A stretch of DNA of 64,000 nt, taken from Acidobacteriota bacterium (GTDB lineage: Bacteria; Acidobacteriota; Thermoanaerobaculia; Gp7-AA8). A model generated the notes under the pieces. It searched no databases. It saw nothing but the letters and a program-made list of their open reading frames with translations, and was not told where the DNA came from. Positions 56,266 through 64,000 of this stretch are shown piece after piece (position 1 is the first letter of the stretch; every line of letters begins with the position of its first letter). Location of the stretch: positions 340,967 through 404,966 of the forward strand of contig QHVT01000006.1 of the NCBI GenBank assembly GCA_003223645.1. Reading direction: 5' to 3'. The translations under genes were made by a program, and so were the position numbers.

Positions 56266-58695
56266 TTAGTGATGGCTCGCGCGATGCTTCGTTCCTGCGA
56301 ACTGGCCGAATGCGAGCGTCAGCTTGTACGTCGGGTTCGAGCCGATCGCCGCCGTGGCCTCGATCTTCAGCGTCACGTTGAATGCCGGCGCCTGCGCGCT
56401 GCCGCTGCCGTACTGCAGGCTGACCGTCTTCGTCTGTCCCGCCGGAATGTCGACGCTGGAGGTCGAGCCGTCCTGTCCGGACAGCGTCGCTTTCAGCGGC
56501 GTGTCGCCGGCCTGAATCGTCGCGGTGATCGGACCGAACTTCGTCGCCTGGAACTTGAAGAAGTCGACGTCGCCCGCGCTGCAGATTGCGCCGCTGAGCG
56601 TTCCCGGCGGCACGTTGCCCCACGCGCTCTCGGCCGAATTGTTCGGCTCCTGCAGGTCGCTGCACGGCGTGACGGAAGCGGCTTTCGCGTTCGTGATCAC
56701 GACCGCGGTCTGCGGACCCTGATTCACTCTCGAGCCGGTGACGATGACGCGGTAGACGCCGGGAGTCGCATTCGCGATCTCGACCAGCTCCGTGTTGTCG
56801 GTGTTGTTCACGCCCTTCGTCGCGGGATTCTCGTAGTTCACTTTGTCGAGCACGTACGGCAGGTAGGTCGTGCCGTCCGGTCCGATGACCTGCACGTCGA
56901 GATCGTTCACAAGGGCCTTGGCCTGGAACGAATCGTTGCCGAGAAGCACGACCGTCGGATCGGCCCACGTCACGAGCACTTTCAACTTCTGCGTCGCGGT
57001 GACGGTGACGGCGCGCTCGACGCGCGTGCCCTGCGAGATGTTCACGTTCGCGATCTGGCCGCGCGTGCCGCCGTCGCCGATGATGAGGTCCGCCGACGCC
57101 TTCGCGTTGATGAGACCGAAGCCGTAGATGTAATCGGGACCGGTGTTGCCGAGGTCGTCGGCGCCGGCGAGGATGACGCCGCGGAGCTCCGCGACTGTCG
57201 CCTTGCCGTTGAATGTCTTCTGCCACTGCTCGCCGAGAAGCGCGGAGATGCCGGTGACGACCGGCGAGGCCATCGATGTGCCGCTCAGCGTCTGGTACGT
57301 GCTGCCCGGCCACGTCGACAGGAGATTGCGTCCGCGCGCGGTAATGTCGGGCTTCACGCGTCCGTCTTTCGCCGGACCGCGCGAGCTGAACGATGCGATC
57401 GACGGCGGATTGGTCGTCGTCTGCAGCGCTCCGACGGCGAGCACGTTCTTCGCGGCGCCGGTGACCGTCATCGTGTCCCACGGCGTCTGGTTGTGATGCA
57501 TCACCAGCTCGCATCCGGCATTGCACGGGACGGCCGGGCAATCGGTGCCGCTGCCGTTGAGCGTCACGCAGAATTCCTTCGTCGTATCGGCGTCGCCATT
57601 GTCGTCGGCGTGATAGTGCTCGCGCCATCCGCTCTGAAATTGTGGGAACTGTCCGTCATTGCCGGCGGAGAAAACGAGCAGCGTTCCGTACGTCGCGGTG
57701 ATGTCGTCGTACACGAGCGTCGCGCCCGGATCGTACGCACCGTAGTACACATCTTGATCGAGCCACAGCGGGATGTCGGTGTCGCACTGGTCGCACCAGC
57801 CGAGTGGGAATCCGAGGGAGGTGTTGTTGGCGACGGGATGGAGCGCGGCCAGGTTCGTATTGAGCGCGTGGAGATGGCTGCCGATCGATCCGCCGACGTT
57901 GAACTCGCGGATCTGAACGTTCGGCGCCATTCCCTTCGCCAGGGGATTCACGCCCGACGCGCCGATCGTGCCGGAGACGTGCGTCGAGTGTTGTCCGTTT
58001 TGCGCGGTTCCGCCTGCGACGAGGCGTCCGCCGAATTCGGGGTGCGTGCTCTGTGCGTCGCTGAGCTCCGACACCATGACGATCTGTCCCGCTCCGCTGA
58101 GGTTGTACGGCGCCGCATAAACGTCGGTCACATGCGACAGCTGCGCGGCGATCGCGTTGTCTTCGACGAAGTGCGAGCGAATGCGTCCGGAGATCGCGAG
58201 CACGTTCTCATCGGCGGCGAGCGCGTTGAGCGACGACGGCGCGATGCGCGCGTTGACGACGTGCGACGGCCCGTAGTTCGACGTGAAGAAGTCGTCGAGC
58301 GTGGCGCCGGCGGCGAGCACCGACTTGCGAGCGTCGTCGAGTGCGACGTCCTGATGGAAGATGACGGTGACGTCGCCCGCGCGGCGCGCGGAGCCGTAAA
58401 TCTTGTGCTCCGCCGTCATTGGTTCGACGGACGCAATCCGCGCATCCTCAGCGAATCGAGCCGAAGGCGCGACGCGCGCGATGTAGCGCCCGCCGGTGAG
58501 CGGCCGCTGGATCTCGATTCCTTCCGCGAGCAGATCGGCGCGGTCCTGTTCGGTCAGCGGTGCGGCGGGACTGAGGATCATGTGCCGCGCGCGATCGAAG
58601 TCGCGGTTCAGCTGCGGATCCGTTTCATTTTTCGTCGCCGCGAACGCGGTGGTGGCGATGAGGGAGGCGAACAGCAGAGTCGAGAGTCGGCGCAT
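56266..58695 (-). CDS. Secreted S8 peptidase (paralog 2)
   Basis: Signal peptide MRRLSTLLF; HSTHVSGTI, GTSMASP; ends KHRASHH. Confidence 0.92.
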   Translation of the reverse strand: MRRLSTLLFASLIATTAFAATKNETDPQLNRDFDRARHMILSPAAPLTEQDRADLLAEGIEIQRPLTGGRYIARVAPSARFAEDARIASVEPMTAEHKIYGSARRAGDVTVIFHQDVALDDARKSVLAAGATLDDFFTSNYGPSHVVNARIAPSSLNALAADENVLAISGRIRSHFVEDNAIAAQLSHVTDVYAAPYNLSGAGQIVMVSELSDAQSTHPEFGGRLVAGGTAQNGQHSTHVSGTIGASGVNPLAKGMAPNVQIREFNVGGSIGSHLHALNTNLAALHPVANNTSLGFPLGWCDQCDTDIPLWLDQDVYYGAYDPGATLVYDDITATYGTLLVFSAGNDGQFPQFQSGWREHYHADDNGDADTTKEFCVTLNGSGTDCPAVPCNAGCELVMHHNQTPWDTMTVTGAAKNVLAVGALQTTTNPPSIASFSSRGPAKDGRVKPDITARGRNLLSTWPGSTYQTLSGTSMASPVVTGISALLGEQWQKTFNGKATVAELRGVILAGADDLGNTGPDYIYGFGLINAKASADLIIGDGGTRGQIANVNISQGTRVERAVTVTATQKLKVLVTWADPTVVLLGNDSFQAKALVNDLDVQVIGPDGTTYLPYVLDKVNYENPATKGVNNTDNTELVEIANATPGVYRVIVTGSRVNQGPQTAVVITNAKAASVTPCSDLQEPNNSAESAWGNVPPGTLSGAICSAGDVDFFKFQATKFGPITATIQAGDTPLKATLSGQDGSTSSVDIPAGQTKTVSLQYGSGSAQAPAFNVTLKIEATAAIGSNPTYKLTLAFGQFAGTKHRASHH

Positions 58696-58724
58696 AGTTG
58701 TTTTGTCGATCGATCGAGAATTCG

Positions 58725-58810
58725 TGGTGCCCGAGGCCGGACTCGAACCGGCACGGCCTTGCAACCGGAGGTTTTTGAGACCTCTGCGTCTACCATTCCG
58801 CCACTCGGGC
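58725..58810 (-). tRNA. tRNA-Leu (anticodon CAA)
   Basis: GCCCGAG stem, GAGGT-CT-CAA-AA-ACCTC, long variable arm, GGTTCGAGTCC, CCA. Confidence 0.96.
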
Positions 58811-58816
58811 ATTGTT

Positions 58817-58895
58817 GGATGGCGGATGGCGGATGGCGGATGGCAAGTCTTACGACTCGCTTTTCGCCATCTGCCATCTGCCATCTGCCATCTGC
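58817..58895. repeat. Inverted heptamer repeats (GGATGGC)n...(GCCATCT)n
   Basis: Directly visible; encodes the C-terminus of the upstream CDS. Confidence 0.85.
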
Positions 58896-60127
58896 TTCTC
58901 CTTCCATCGCTCCGCGGTCGAGCGGATCTCATCATCCGTCAATACGCGGTTCGTGGACTTTGCAAGTTGGAAAATATCCTTTGCGAGCTCTTCTTCCTGC
59001 GGGTAACCGTGCGCGGCCAGCCAATAGATCACGTTGGAGAGCCCACACATGGGCCCGACTTCGATGACCTGCTGCAGACCGAACATTCCCGCCGGAACTC
59101 CGCTGTAAACACGGTCGGCGAGCCACTCGCTTCCCTTCTTTTTCGCTTTGATGATCGCCGCGGCGTGAACGCCGGTCCCTGTGCGGAACGCATCGCGCCC
59201 AAATACCGGATAACGATCGTCCAACGGCACGCGCGTCACCTGTGACACGAAGTTCACGTATTCGGGCAATGCGGTGAGATCGTTGTCGATCCACCCCATC
59301 AGTTTGAGGTTGACCATCAGGAGATCGATCGGCGTGTTGCCGACGCGCTCGCCAATGCCGGCCGCGCATCCGTGCACGCGGTCCGCGCCGGCCTCGAGCG
59401 CAGCGATGCAGTTGATGATGCCCATCGCGCGATCCTGATGTCCGTGCCAGTCGACTTTCACGTTCGGGTTCAAGCGGTCCACTAATTGACGAACGAAACG
59501 TACGACGTTGCGCGTGCCCCACGGCGTCGCGTGACCGACGGTGTCGGCGATGCAGATGCGCACCGCGCCCGCGTCGATCGCGGCGCTGTAAAGCTTCTCG
59601 ATCGCTTCCGGTGTCGCACGCGTCGTGTCTTCTGTTACGTACATCACCGGGATGCCGTTGTCGGTCGCGAAGCGGACGGCCTTCGCCGACTGCGCGATGA
59701 TCCAGTCGAGGTCCCACTCTTCCGCGAACTGGCGGATCGGTGACGAGCCGATGAAAAGATCGGCCTCGATGGCGATGCCGACGCGCTGCGAGATGTCGAT
59801 GATCGGCTTGATGTCGTTCTCGTGCGTGCGGCCGGCGGCGCTCGGATAGACGGAGAGTTTCTGATCGACGATCTCGCGCGCGATCCGCTCGACCGTGCGC
59901 TGCACGTGCGGTCCCGCGCCGGGCAGACCGATGTCGGCGTTGTCGACGCCGATCGCGTGCATGAAGTGGATGATGCGGAGCTTGTCCTCGATCGACGGAT
60001 CGGTGACGGACGGCGACTGCAGCCCGTCGCGCAGGGTCTCGTCGTCAAACTCGACCTTGCGCGCAGGCTTCGCGGGTTGCTCGCCTTGCACGTTCCAGTC
60101 GTAGATCAGGTGCTCGAGGGTTTCCAT
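58850..60127 (-). CDS. LeuA/homocitrate-synthase-like DRE-TIM enzyme lacking the regulatory domain
   Basis: DETLRDGLQ, DTVG, HGHQD, GIGERVGN. Confidence 0.88.
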   Translation of the reverse strand: METLEHLIYDWNVQGEQPAKPARKVEFDDETLRDGLQSPSVTDPSIEDKLRIIHFMHAIGVDNADIGLPGAGPHVQRTVERIAREIVDQKLSVYPSAAGRTHENDIKPIIDISQRVGIAIEADLFIGSSPIRQFAEEWDLDWIIAQSAKAVRFATDNGIPVMYVTEDTTRATPEAIEKLYSAAIDAGAVRICIADTVGHATPWGTRNVVRFVRQLVDRLNPNVKVDWHGHQDRAMGIINCIAALEAGADRVHGCAAGIGERVGNTPIDLLMVNLKLMGWIDNDLTALPEYVNFVSQVTRVPLDDRYPVFGRDAFRTGTGVHAAAIIKAKKKGSEWLADRVYSGVPAGMFGLQQVIEVGPMCGLSNVIYWLAAHGYPQEEELAKDIFQLAKSTNRVLTDDEIRSTAERWKEKQMADGRWQMAKSES

Positions 60128-60142
60128 CGTCACTCTTCACAG

Positions 60143-60237
60143 TTTATCCCGCGCGCAGGCGCGGGATCTCGAGATCAACCCGACAGGCGAGTGTCGCGCG
60201 GTGCTACCGGAGATCCCGCGTCTGCGCGCGGGATCAA
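60143..60237. repeat. Family-B-like palindromic element
   Basis: TTTATCCCGCGCGCAGGCGCGGGATCTC...GAGATCCCGCGTCTGCGCGCGGGAT. Confidence 0.85.
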
Positions 60238-60243
60238 GTAAAC

Positions 60244-61020
60244 CTACGCGCCTTTGAACTGCGCCGCCCGCTTCTCGATGAACGCCTTCATCCCTTCTTT
60301 CGTGTCTTCTGTCGCGCAGAGCAACCCAAACAGTGTCGCTTCAAGGAACTGTCCCTCTTCAAACGGCATTTCACTGCCGCTCATGACGGCCTCGATCGCG
60401 GCGGTGACGGCGAGCGGTCCCCGAGACATGATTCGACGCGCCAGCTCCTCGCACGTTTGCATCAGCTGATCGAGCGGGACGACTTTGTTCACCAGTCCGA
60501 TGCGCTCCGCTTCGCTCGCATCGATGCGGTCGCCGCTCAGAATCAACTCCAGCGCTTTCCCTTTTCCGAGAAGCCGCGCCATCCGCTGCGTTCCGCCGTA
60601 TCCCGGAATGATCCCGAGCGTGACTTCCGGCAGCCCGAGCTTCGCGTTCTCCGACGCGATGCGAATGTGACACGCGAGCGCGAGCTCGCATCCCCCGCCG
60701 AGAGCGAAGCCGTTGACGGCGGCGATGACCGGCTTCGGGAAGCGCTCGATCGCGATGAAAATGCGCTGCCCTTTTTCGGCTGTCGTCTTTCCGGTGATCG
60801 CGTTGCACTGCGCGAGCTCGTTGATGTCCGCGCCGGCGACGAAGGCTTTTTCCCCGGCGCCGGTGAGGATGACGGCCTTGACCGCTTCATCAAAACGCGC
60901 CACATGAAACGCCTCCCCGATTTCAGCGATTGTCTGCGCATTGAGCGCGTTGAGAACTTTGGGGCGATCAACTGTGATGATCAGGATGCCGTCTTTGTTT
61001 TCTGTTTTTATGTTTTCCAT
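60244..61020 (-). CDS. Enoyl-CoA hydratase (crotonase)
   Basis: AFVAGADI, GGGCELA, PEVTLGIIPGYGGTQR. Confidence 0.93.
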   Translation of the reverse strand: MENIKTENKDGILIITVDRPKVLNALNAQTIAEIGEAFHVARFDEAVKAVILTGAGEKAFVAGADINELAQCNAITGKTTAEKGQRIFIAIERFPKPVIAAVNGFALGGGCELALACHIRIASENAKLGLPEVTLGIIPGYGGTQRMARLLGKGKALELILSGDRIDASEAERIGLVNKVVPLDQLMQTCEELARRIMSRGPLAVTAAIEAVMSGSEMPFEEGQFLEATLFGLLCATEDTKEGMKAFIEKRAAQFKGA

Positions 61021-61037
61021 TTGCTGTGCACTCTCTT

Positions 61038-61143
61038 CCCGTGCCCGCGCCCGTGCCCGCTCCCGCGCCCGGGGCGGGTGGCGAGCGAAGCGACTTCGTG
61101 CCCCCACCCCGAGCGCGGAAGCGGGCACGGGCTCGGGCGCGGG
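61038..61143. repeat. Inverted hexamer repeats (CCCGTG/CCCGCG)n...(CACGGG/CTCGGG)n
   Basis: Directly visible. Confidence 0.75.
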
Positions 61144-61147
61144 AGAA

Positions 61148-62032
61148 TCAAAGACCTGAGAAAGAACCGATTACTTTTCCGTCCGCGTAGTCATAAAAAC
61201 CCGCATTGGTTTTGCGGCCGTAGCGGCCGGCCAGAACCATGCGTTTGAGCAGCGGCGGCGACGCGAAGCGCTTTTCCTGATACTCCTCGTACATCACGTG
61301 GGTGATGTAGTACGTCGTGTCGAGGCCGACGAAGTCGAGGAGTTGGAAGGGGCCCATCGGGTAGTTGCAGCCGAGGACCATGGCCTTGTCGATGTCTTCG
61401 ATCGAGCCGACGCCTTCTTCGTACGCGCGGATGGCGTCGAGGATGTAGGGAACGAGCAGGCGATTGACGATGAAGCCGGAGTTGTCGCGGCACGAGACCG
61501 GGTCTTTGCCGAGGCTCTTCGCAAATTCGTAGGCGGTGTTGAAGGATTCGTCGGTCGTGAGAATCGTGCGCACGACTTCGACGAGTTTCATGAGCGGCAC
61601 GGGATTGAAGAAATGCAGGCCGACGAACTGCTTCGGACGCGCGGTCGCCATGGAGAGCTCGGTGATCGTCAGCGACGACGTGTTGGACGCGAAGATCGCC
61701 TCCGGCTTCACGATCTTGTCGAGCTCCGCGTACGTCTCGCGTTTGAGCTTCGCGTTCTCGATGATCGCCTCGATCACGATGTCGCAGTCGGCGAGCGCCT
61801 CGAGGCTCGTGCTTCCCTGGAGGCGCAACAGCGTCGCGTCCATGTCGGCCTGCGCCATCTTCCCCTTCTCGACGAACTTGCCGAGGGATTTCTGGATGCC
61901 GCCGAGTCCCTTGTCGATGAACTTCTGCTCCACTTCGCGGACGACGACGTCATATCCCGCCTGCGCCGCGACTTGAGCGATGCCCGAGCCCATGAGGCCG
62001 CAGCCGAGCACGCCCACCTTTTTGATTGCCAT
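61148..62032 (-). CDS. hbd: 3-hydroxybutyryl-CoA dehydrogenase
   Basis: GCGLMGSG, SNTSSL, HFFNPV, GFIVNR. Confidence 0.93.
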   Translation of the reverse strand: MAIKKVGVLGCGLMGSGIAQVAAQAGYDVVVREVEQKFIDKGLGGIQKSLGKFVEKGKMAQADMDATLLRLQGSTSLEALADCDIVIEAIIENAKLKRETYAELDKIVKPEAIFASNTSSLTITELSMATARPKQFVGLHFFNPVPLMKLVEVVRTILTTDESFNTAYEFAKSLGKDPVSCRDNSGFIVNRLLVPYILDAIRAYEEGVGSIEDIDKAMVLGCNYPMGPFQLLDFVGLDTTYYITHVMYEEYQEKRFASPPLLKRMVLAGRYGRKTNAGFYDYADGKVIGSFSGL

Positions 62033-62077
62033 GTCAGAACTCCTGTTCGGAAAGTCGGGCGCATTCTAAGCGAAGGA

Positions 62078-62163
62078 TGAAAGCAGAAGGCAGAAGGCAG
62101 AAGTGAGAAGTTAGCCGTTCTCATTTCTTACTTCTGCCTTCTGCCCTCTGCCTTCTGCCTTCA
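62078..62163. repeat. Inverted heptamer repeats (AGGCAGA)n...(TCTGCCT)n
   Basis: Directly visible. Confidence 0.85.
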
Positions 62164-62181
62164 TTCGCTATCCTTGCACCC

Positions 62182-63336
62182 GTGTCGCAACGGAAGTTAA
62201 AACCCCAGGTCCTCCTCTTCGGCCTCGTCTCGCTCCTCAACGACTCCGCGAGCGAGATGATTTATCCGCTCCTCCCCGTCTTCCTCACGTCGACCCTCGG
62301 CGCGTCGCCGGCGGTCATCGGGCTGATCGAGGGCGCAGCCGACGGGCTCGCGTCGATTCTCAAATACTTCGCCGGCTCGTGGTCGGATCGACTGCAGCGC
62401 CGCAAGCCGCTCGTCGTGTGGGGATACGCGCTCGCGGCGGCGTCGCGCGCGCTCATCGCGGCGGCGACGATGTGGCCGGTGGTGTTGACCGCGCGTCTCA
62501 TCGATCGCACGGGCAAAGGCATCCGCTCTGCTCCGCGCGACGCGATGATCTCGGACGTCACGCCGCGCGAAGAGCGCGGACGTGCGTTCGGATTTCAGCG
62601 CGCGCTCGACCACACCGGCGCGGTCATCGGTCCGCTGATGGCCATGCTGGTGATGAGCGGAATCGGCTTGTCGCTGCGCACGACGATCTATCTCGCGGTG
62701 ATTCCGGGCGCGATCGGGGTGCTGTTGCTGCTCGTGTTCCTGCGCGAAGAGCCGCGCGAGCCGCGCACGACGCCGAGCAGCGAATCGTCAACGCGTTTAC
62801 CTTCGACGTTCACGCACGCCATCTTCGCAATCGCGCTCTTCTCCCTCGCGAACTCGAGCGACGCGTTCCTGCTGCTGCAGGCGCACGCGATGGGCGTCAC
62901 GACCGCGCTGCTGCCGCTGCTGTGGGCCGCGCATCACGTGATCAAGTCGCTCTTCACCACCGCCGCGGGCGGACTCTCCGATCGCGTCGACCGCCGCTGG
63001 CTGCTCGTCGCGGGATGGACGTCGTACGCGATCATCTACGCCGCGTTTCCCTACGCGCGCACGCTCACCGCGTTCTTCGTCCTCTTCATCGTCTACGCGA
63101 TCCCATTCACGCTCGCCGAAGGCGCGGAGCGCGCGTGGATCGCCGATCTCGTTCCCGCCGACGCGCGCGGAAAATCCTTCGGCATCTACTACCTCGCCAA
63201 CGGAATGTGCGTCCTCGCGGGAACGGCGATCTTCGGCGTGATGTATCAGGAGATCTCGCCGCGCGCGGCGTTCTCCACGGGAGCTGCGCTGGCGATCGCG
63301 GCAGTCGTCGCGGTGCTGGCCACGCGTCGTCGCTGA
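62182..63336 (+). CDS. MFS transporter
   Basis: DSASEMIYP, GSWSDR, DRTGKGIR..RDA. Confidence 0.93.
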   Translation: MSQRKLKPQVLLFGLVSLLNDSASEMIYPLLPVFLTSTLGASPAVIGLIEGAADGLASILKYFAGSWSDRLQRRKPLVVWGYALAAASRALIAAATMWPVVLTARLIDRTGKGIRSAPRDAMISDVTPREERGRAFGFQRALDHTGAVIGPLMAMLVMSGIGLSLRTTIYLAVIPGAIGVLLLLVFLREEPREPRTTPSSESSTRLPSTFTHAIFAIALFSLANSSDAFLLLQAHAMGVTTALLPLLWAAHHVIKSLFTTAAGGLSDRVDRRWLLVAGWTSYAIIYAAFPYARTLTAFFVLFIVYAIPFTLAEGAERAWIADLVPADARGKSFGIYYLANGMCVLAGTAIFGVMYQEISPRAAFSTGAALAIAAVVAVLATRRR

Positions 63337-63340
63337 ACTA

Positions 63341-63437
63341 TGTGGCGACCGCTGCCCTCAGCGGTCGCGGCGGCGCACCGCGCCGCTGGGCGCCGCCATT
63401 CGGCGGCGCTGTGACCGCTGAGGGCACGGTCACCACA
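63341..63437. repeat. REP-like element, family A
   Basis: Near-identical to 8379-8475. Confidence 0.85.
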
Positions 63438-63465
63438 ACCCAAAGCCTGAGAATGCCGTGCCGGG

Positions 63466-64000
63466 CTAAGCGGTTTCCATCATCTCCGCGGGGATGTCGA
63501 AGTTTGACCAGACGTTCTGGGTGTCGTCGTGGTCGTCGAGCATCTCCAGGAGACGCATGACCGACTTCGATTTCGCTTCGTCGAGCGAGACGTAATTCGC
63601 GGGGATCATTCCGAGCTTCGCTTCGACGGTCGGGATCTTGTTCGTCTCGAGCGCCAGGCGCACCGGCTCGAAGTTGTCGGGCGTCGTGTAGATCTCGAAC
63701 ACCTCGGCGTCTTCGCTCTGCAGGTCGTCGGCGCCCGCTTCGAGCGCGACTTCCATCAGCTTGTCTTCGCTGGCGGCGCTCTTCTCGACGGCGAAGTAGC
63801 CCTTCTTCTCGAACTGAAACTTCACCGAGCCCGGTGTGCCGAGGTTGCCGCCGTGTTTCTCGAACATGTGGCGGATCTCGGGGGTGGTGCGATTGGTGTT
63901 GTCGGTCAGCGCCTCGACGATGATCGCGACGCCGCCCGGACCATAACCCTCGTACGTGATCTCCTCGTACGTCGCGCCTTCGAGCTCGCCGGTGCCGCGT
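63466..64000 (-). CDS. YebC/PmpR family protein (5' end outside window)
   Basis: YEGYGPGG, TDNTNRT, LDDHDDTQNVWSN. Confidence 0.95.
   Translation of the reverse strand, partial: RGTGELEGATYEEITYEGYGPGGVAIIVEALTDNTNRTTPEIRHMFEKHGGNLGTPGSVKFQFEKKGYFAVEKSAASEDKLMEVALEAGADDLQSEDAEVFEIYTTPDNFEPVRLALETNKIPTVEAKLGMIPANYVSLDEAKSKSVMRLLEMLDDHDDTQNVWSNFDIPAEMMETA

Noticed and set aside
56122..59067. Long antisense ORFs (also 9653-11809, 15743-17551, 39515-41824, 24520-25584)
   Set aside because: Shadow frames of GC-rich genes on the opposite strand, with no motifs
58725..60127. Regulatory link between the LeuA-like gene and tRNA-Leu
   Set aside because: Adjacency only; no attenuator or leader peptide seen, and the enzyme's substrate is uncertain

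Overview
GC-rich bacterial window, probably Acidobacteriota class Thermoanaerobaculia. That assignment is an inference from the GWxTD protein, the VPS10-type beta-propeller hydrolase, secreted proteins ending in ..RRSARH/..RSVRH and the LCL..RFRV..NPELFVKVLDG domain. Housekeeping-like segments (about 1-11.8 kb and 27-64 kb) carry two tRNAs (Arg-CCT, Leu-CAA), ribBA, a tonB/exbBD cluster, a nucleoside ABC transporter, fatty-acid/leucine catabolism genes, three S8 proteases and cell-wall genes. Between them is an accessory region (about 11.9-27 kb, including trxA) that holds the strongest candidate for an undescribed system. It is a coupled gene pair: a TIR-like DUF4062 domain fused to a cytoplasmic solute-binding domain, then a PfkB kinase + cpYpsA/SLOG + HisG-like ATP-phosphoribosyltransferase triple fusion. 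Beside it lie a divergent Tyr/TrpRS-like protein, an AAA_28 NTPase, a PIN/PD-(D/E)XK pair and a HEPN-like gene. The region also has a TPR-like gene followed by a 59-aa secreted peptide missed by the ORF track (Rap/Phr-like layout), a decayed zincin operon with a TIMP-like gene, and a 3.3-kb IS1-family element with passenger genes (TIRs and 8-bp target duplication visible). Several palindromic and short-period repeat families are scattered throughout, some in frame inside genes. All family assignments come from motif recognition by eye; no searches were run.
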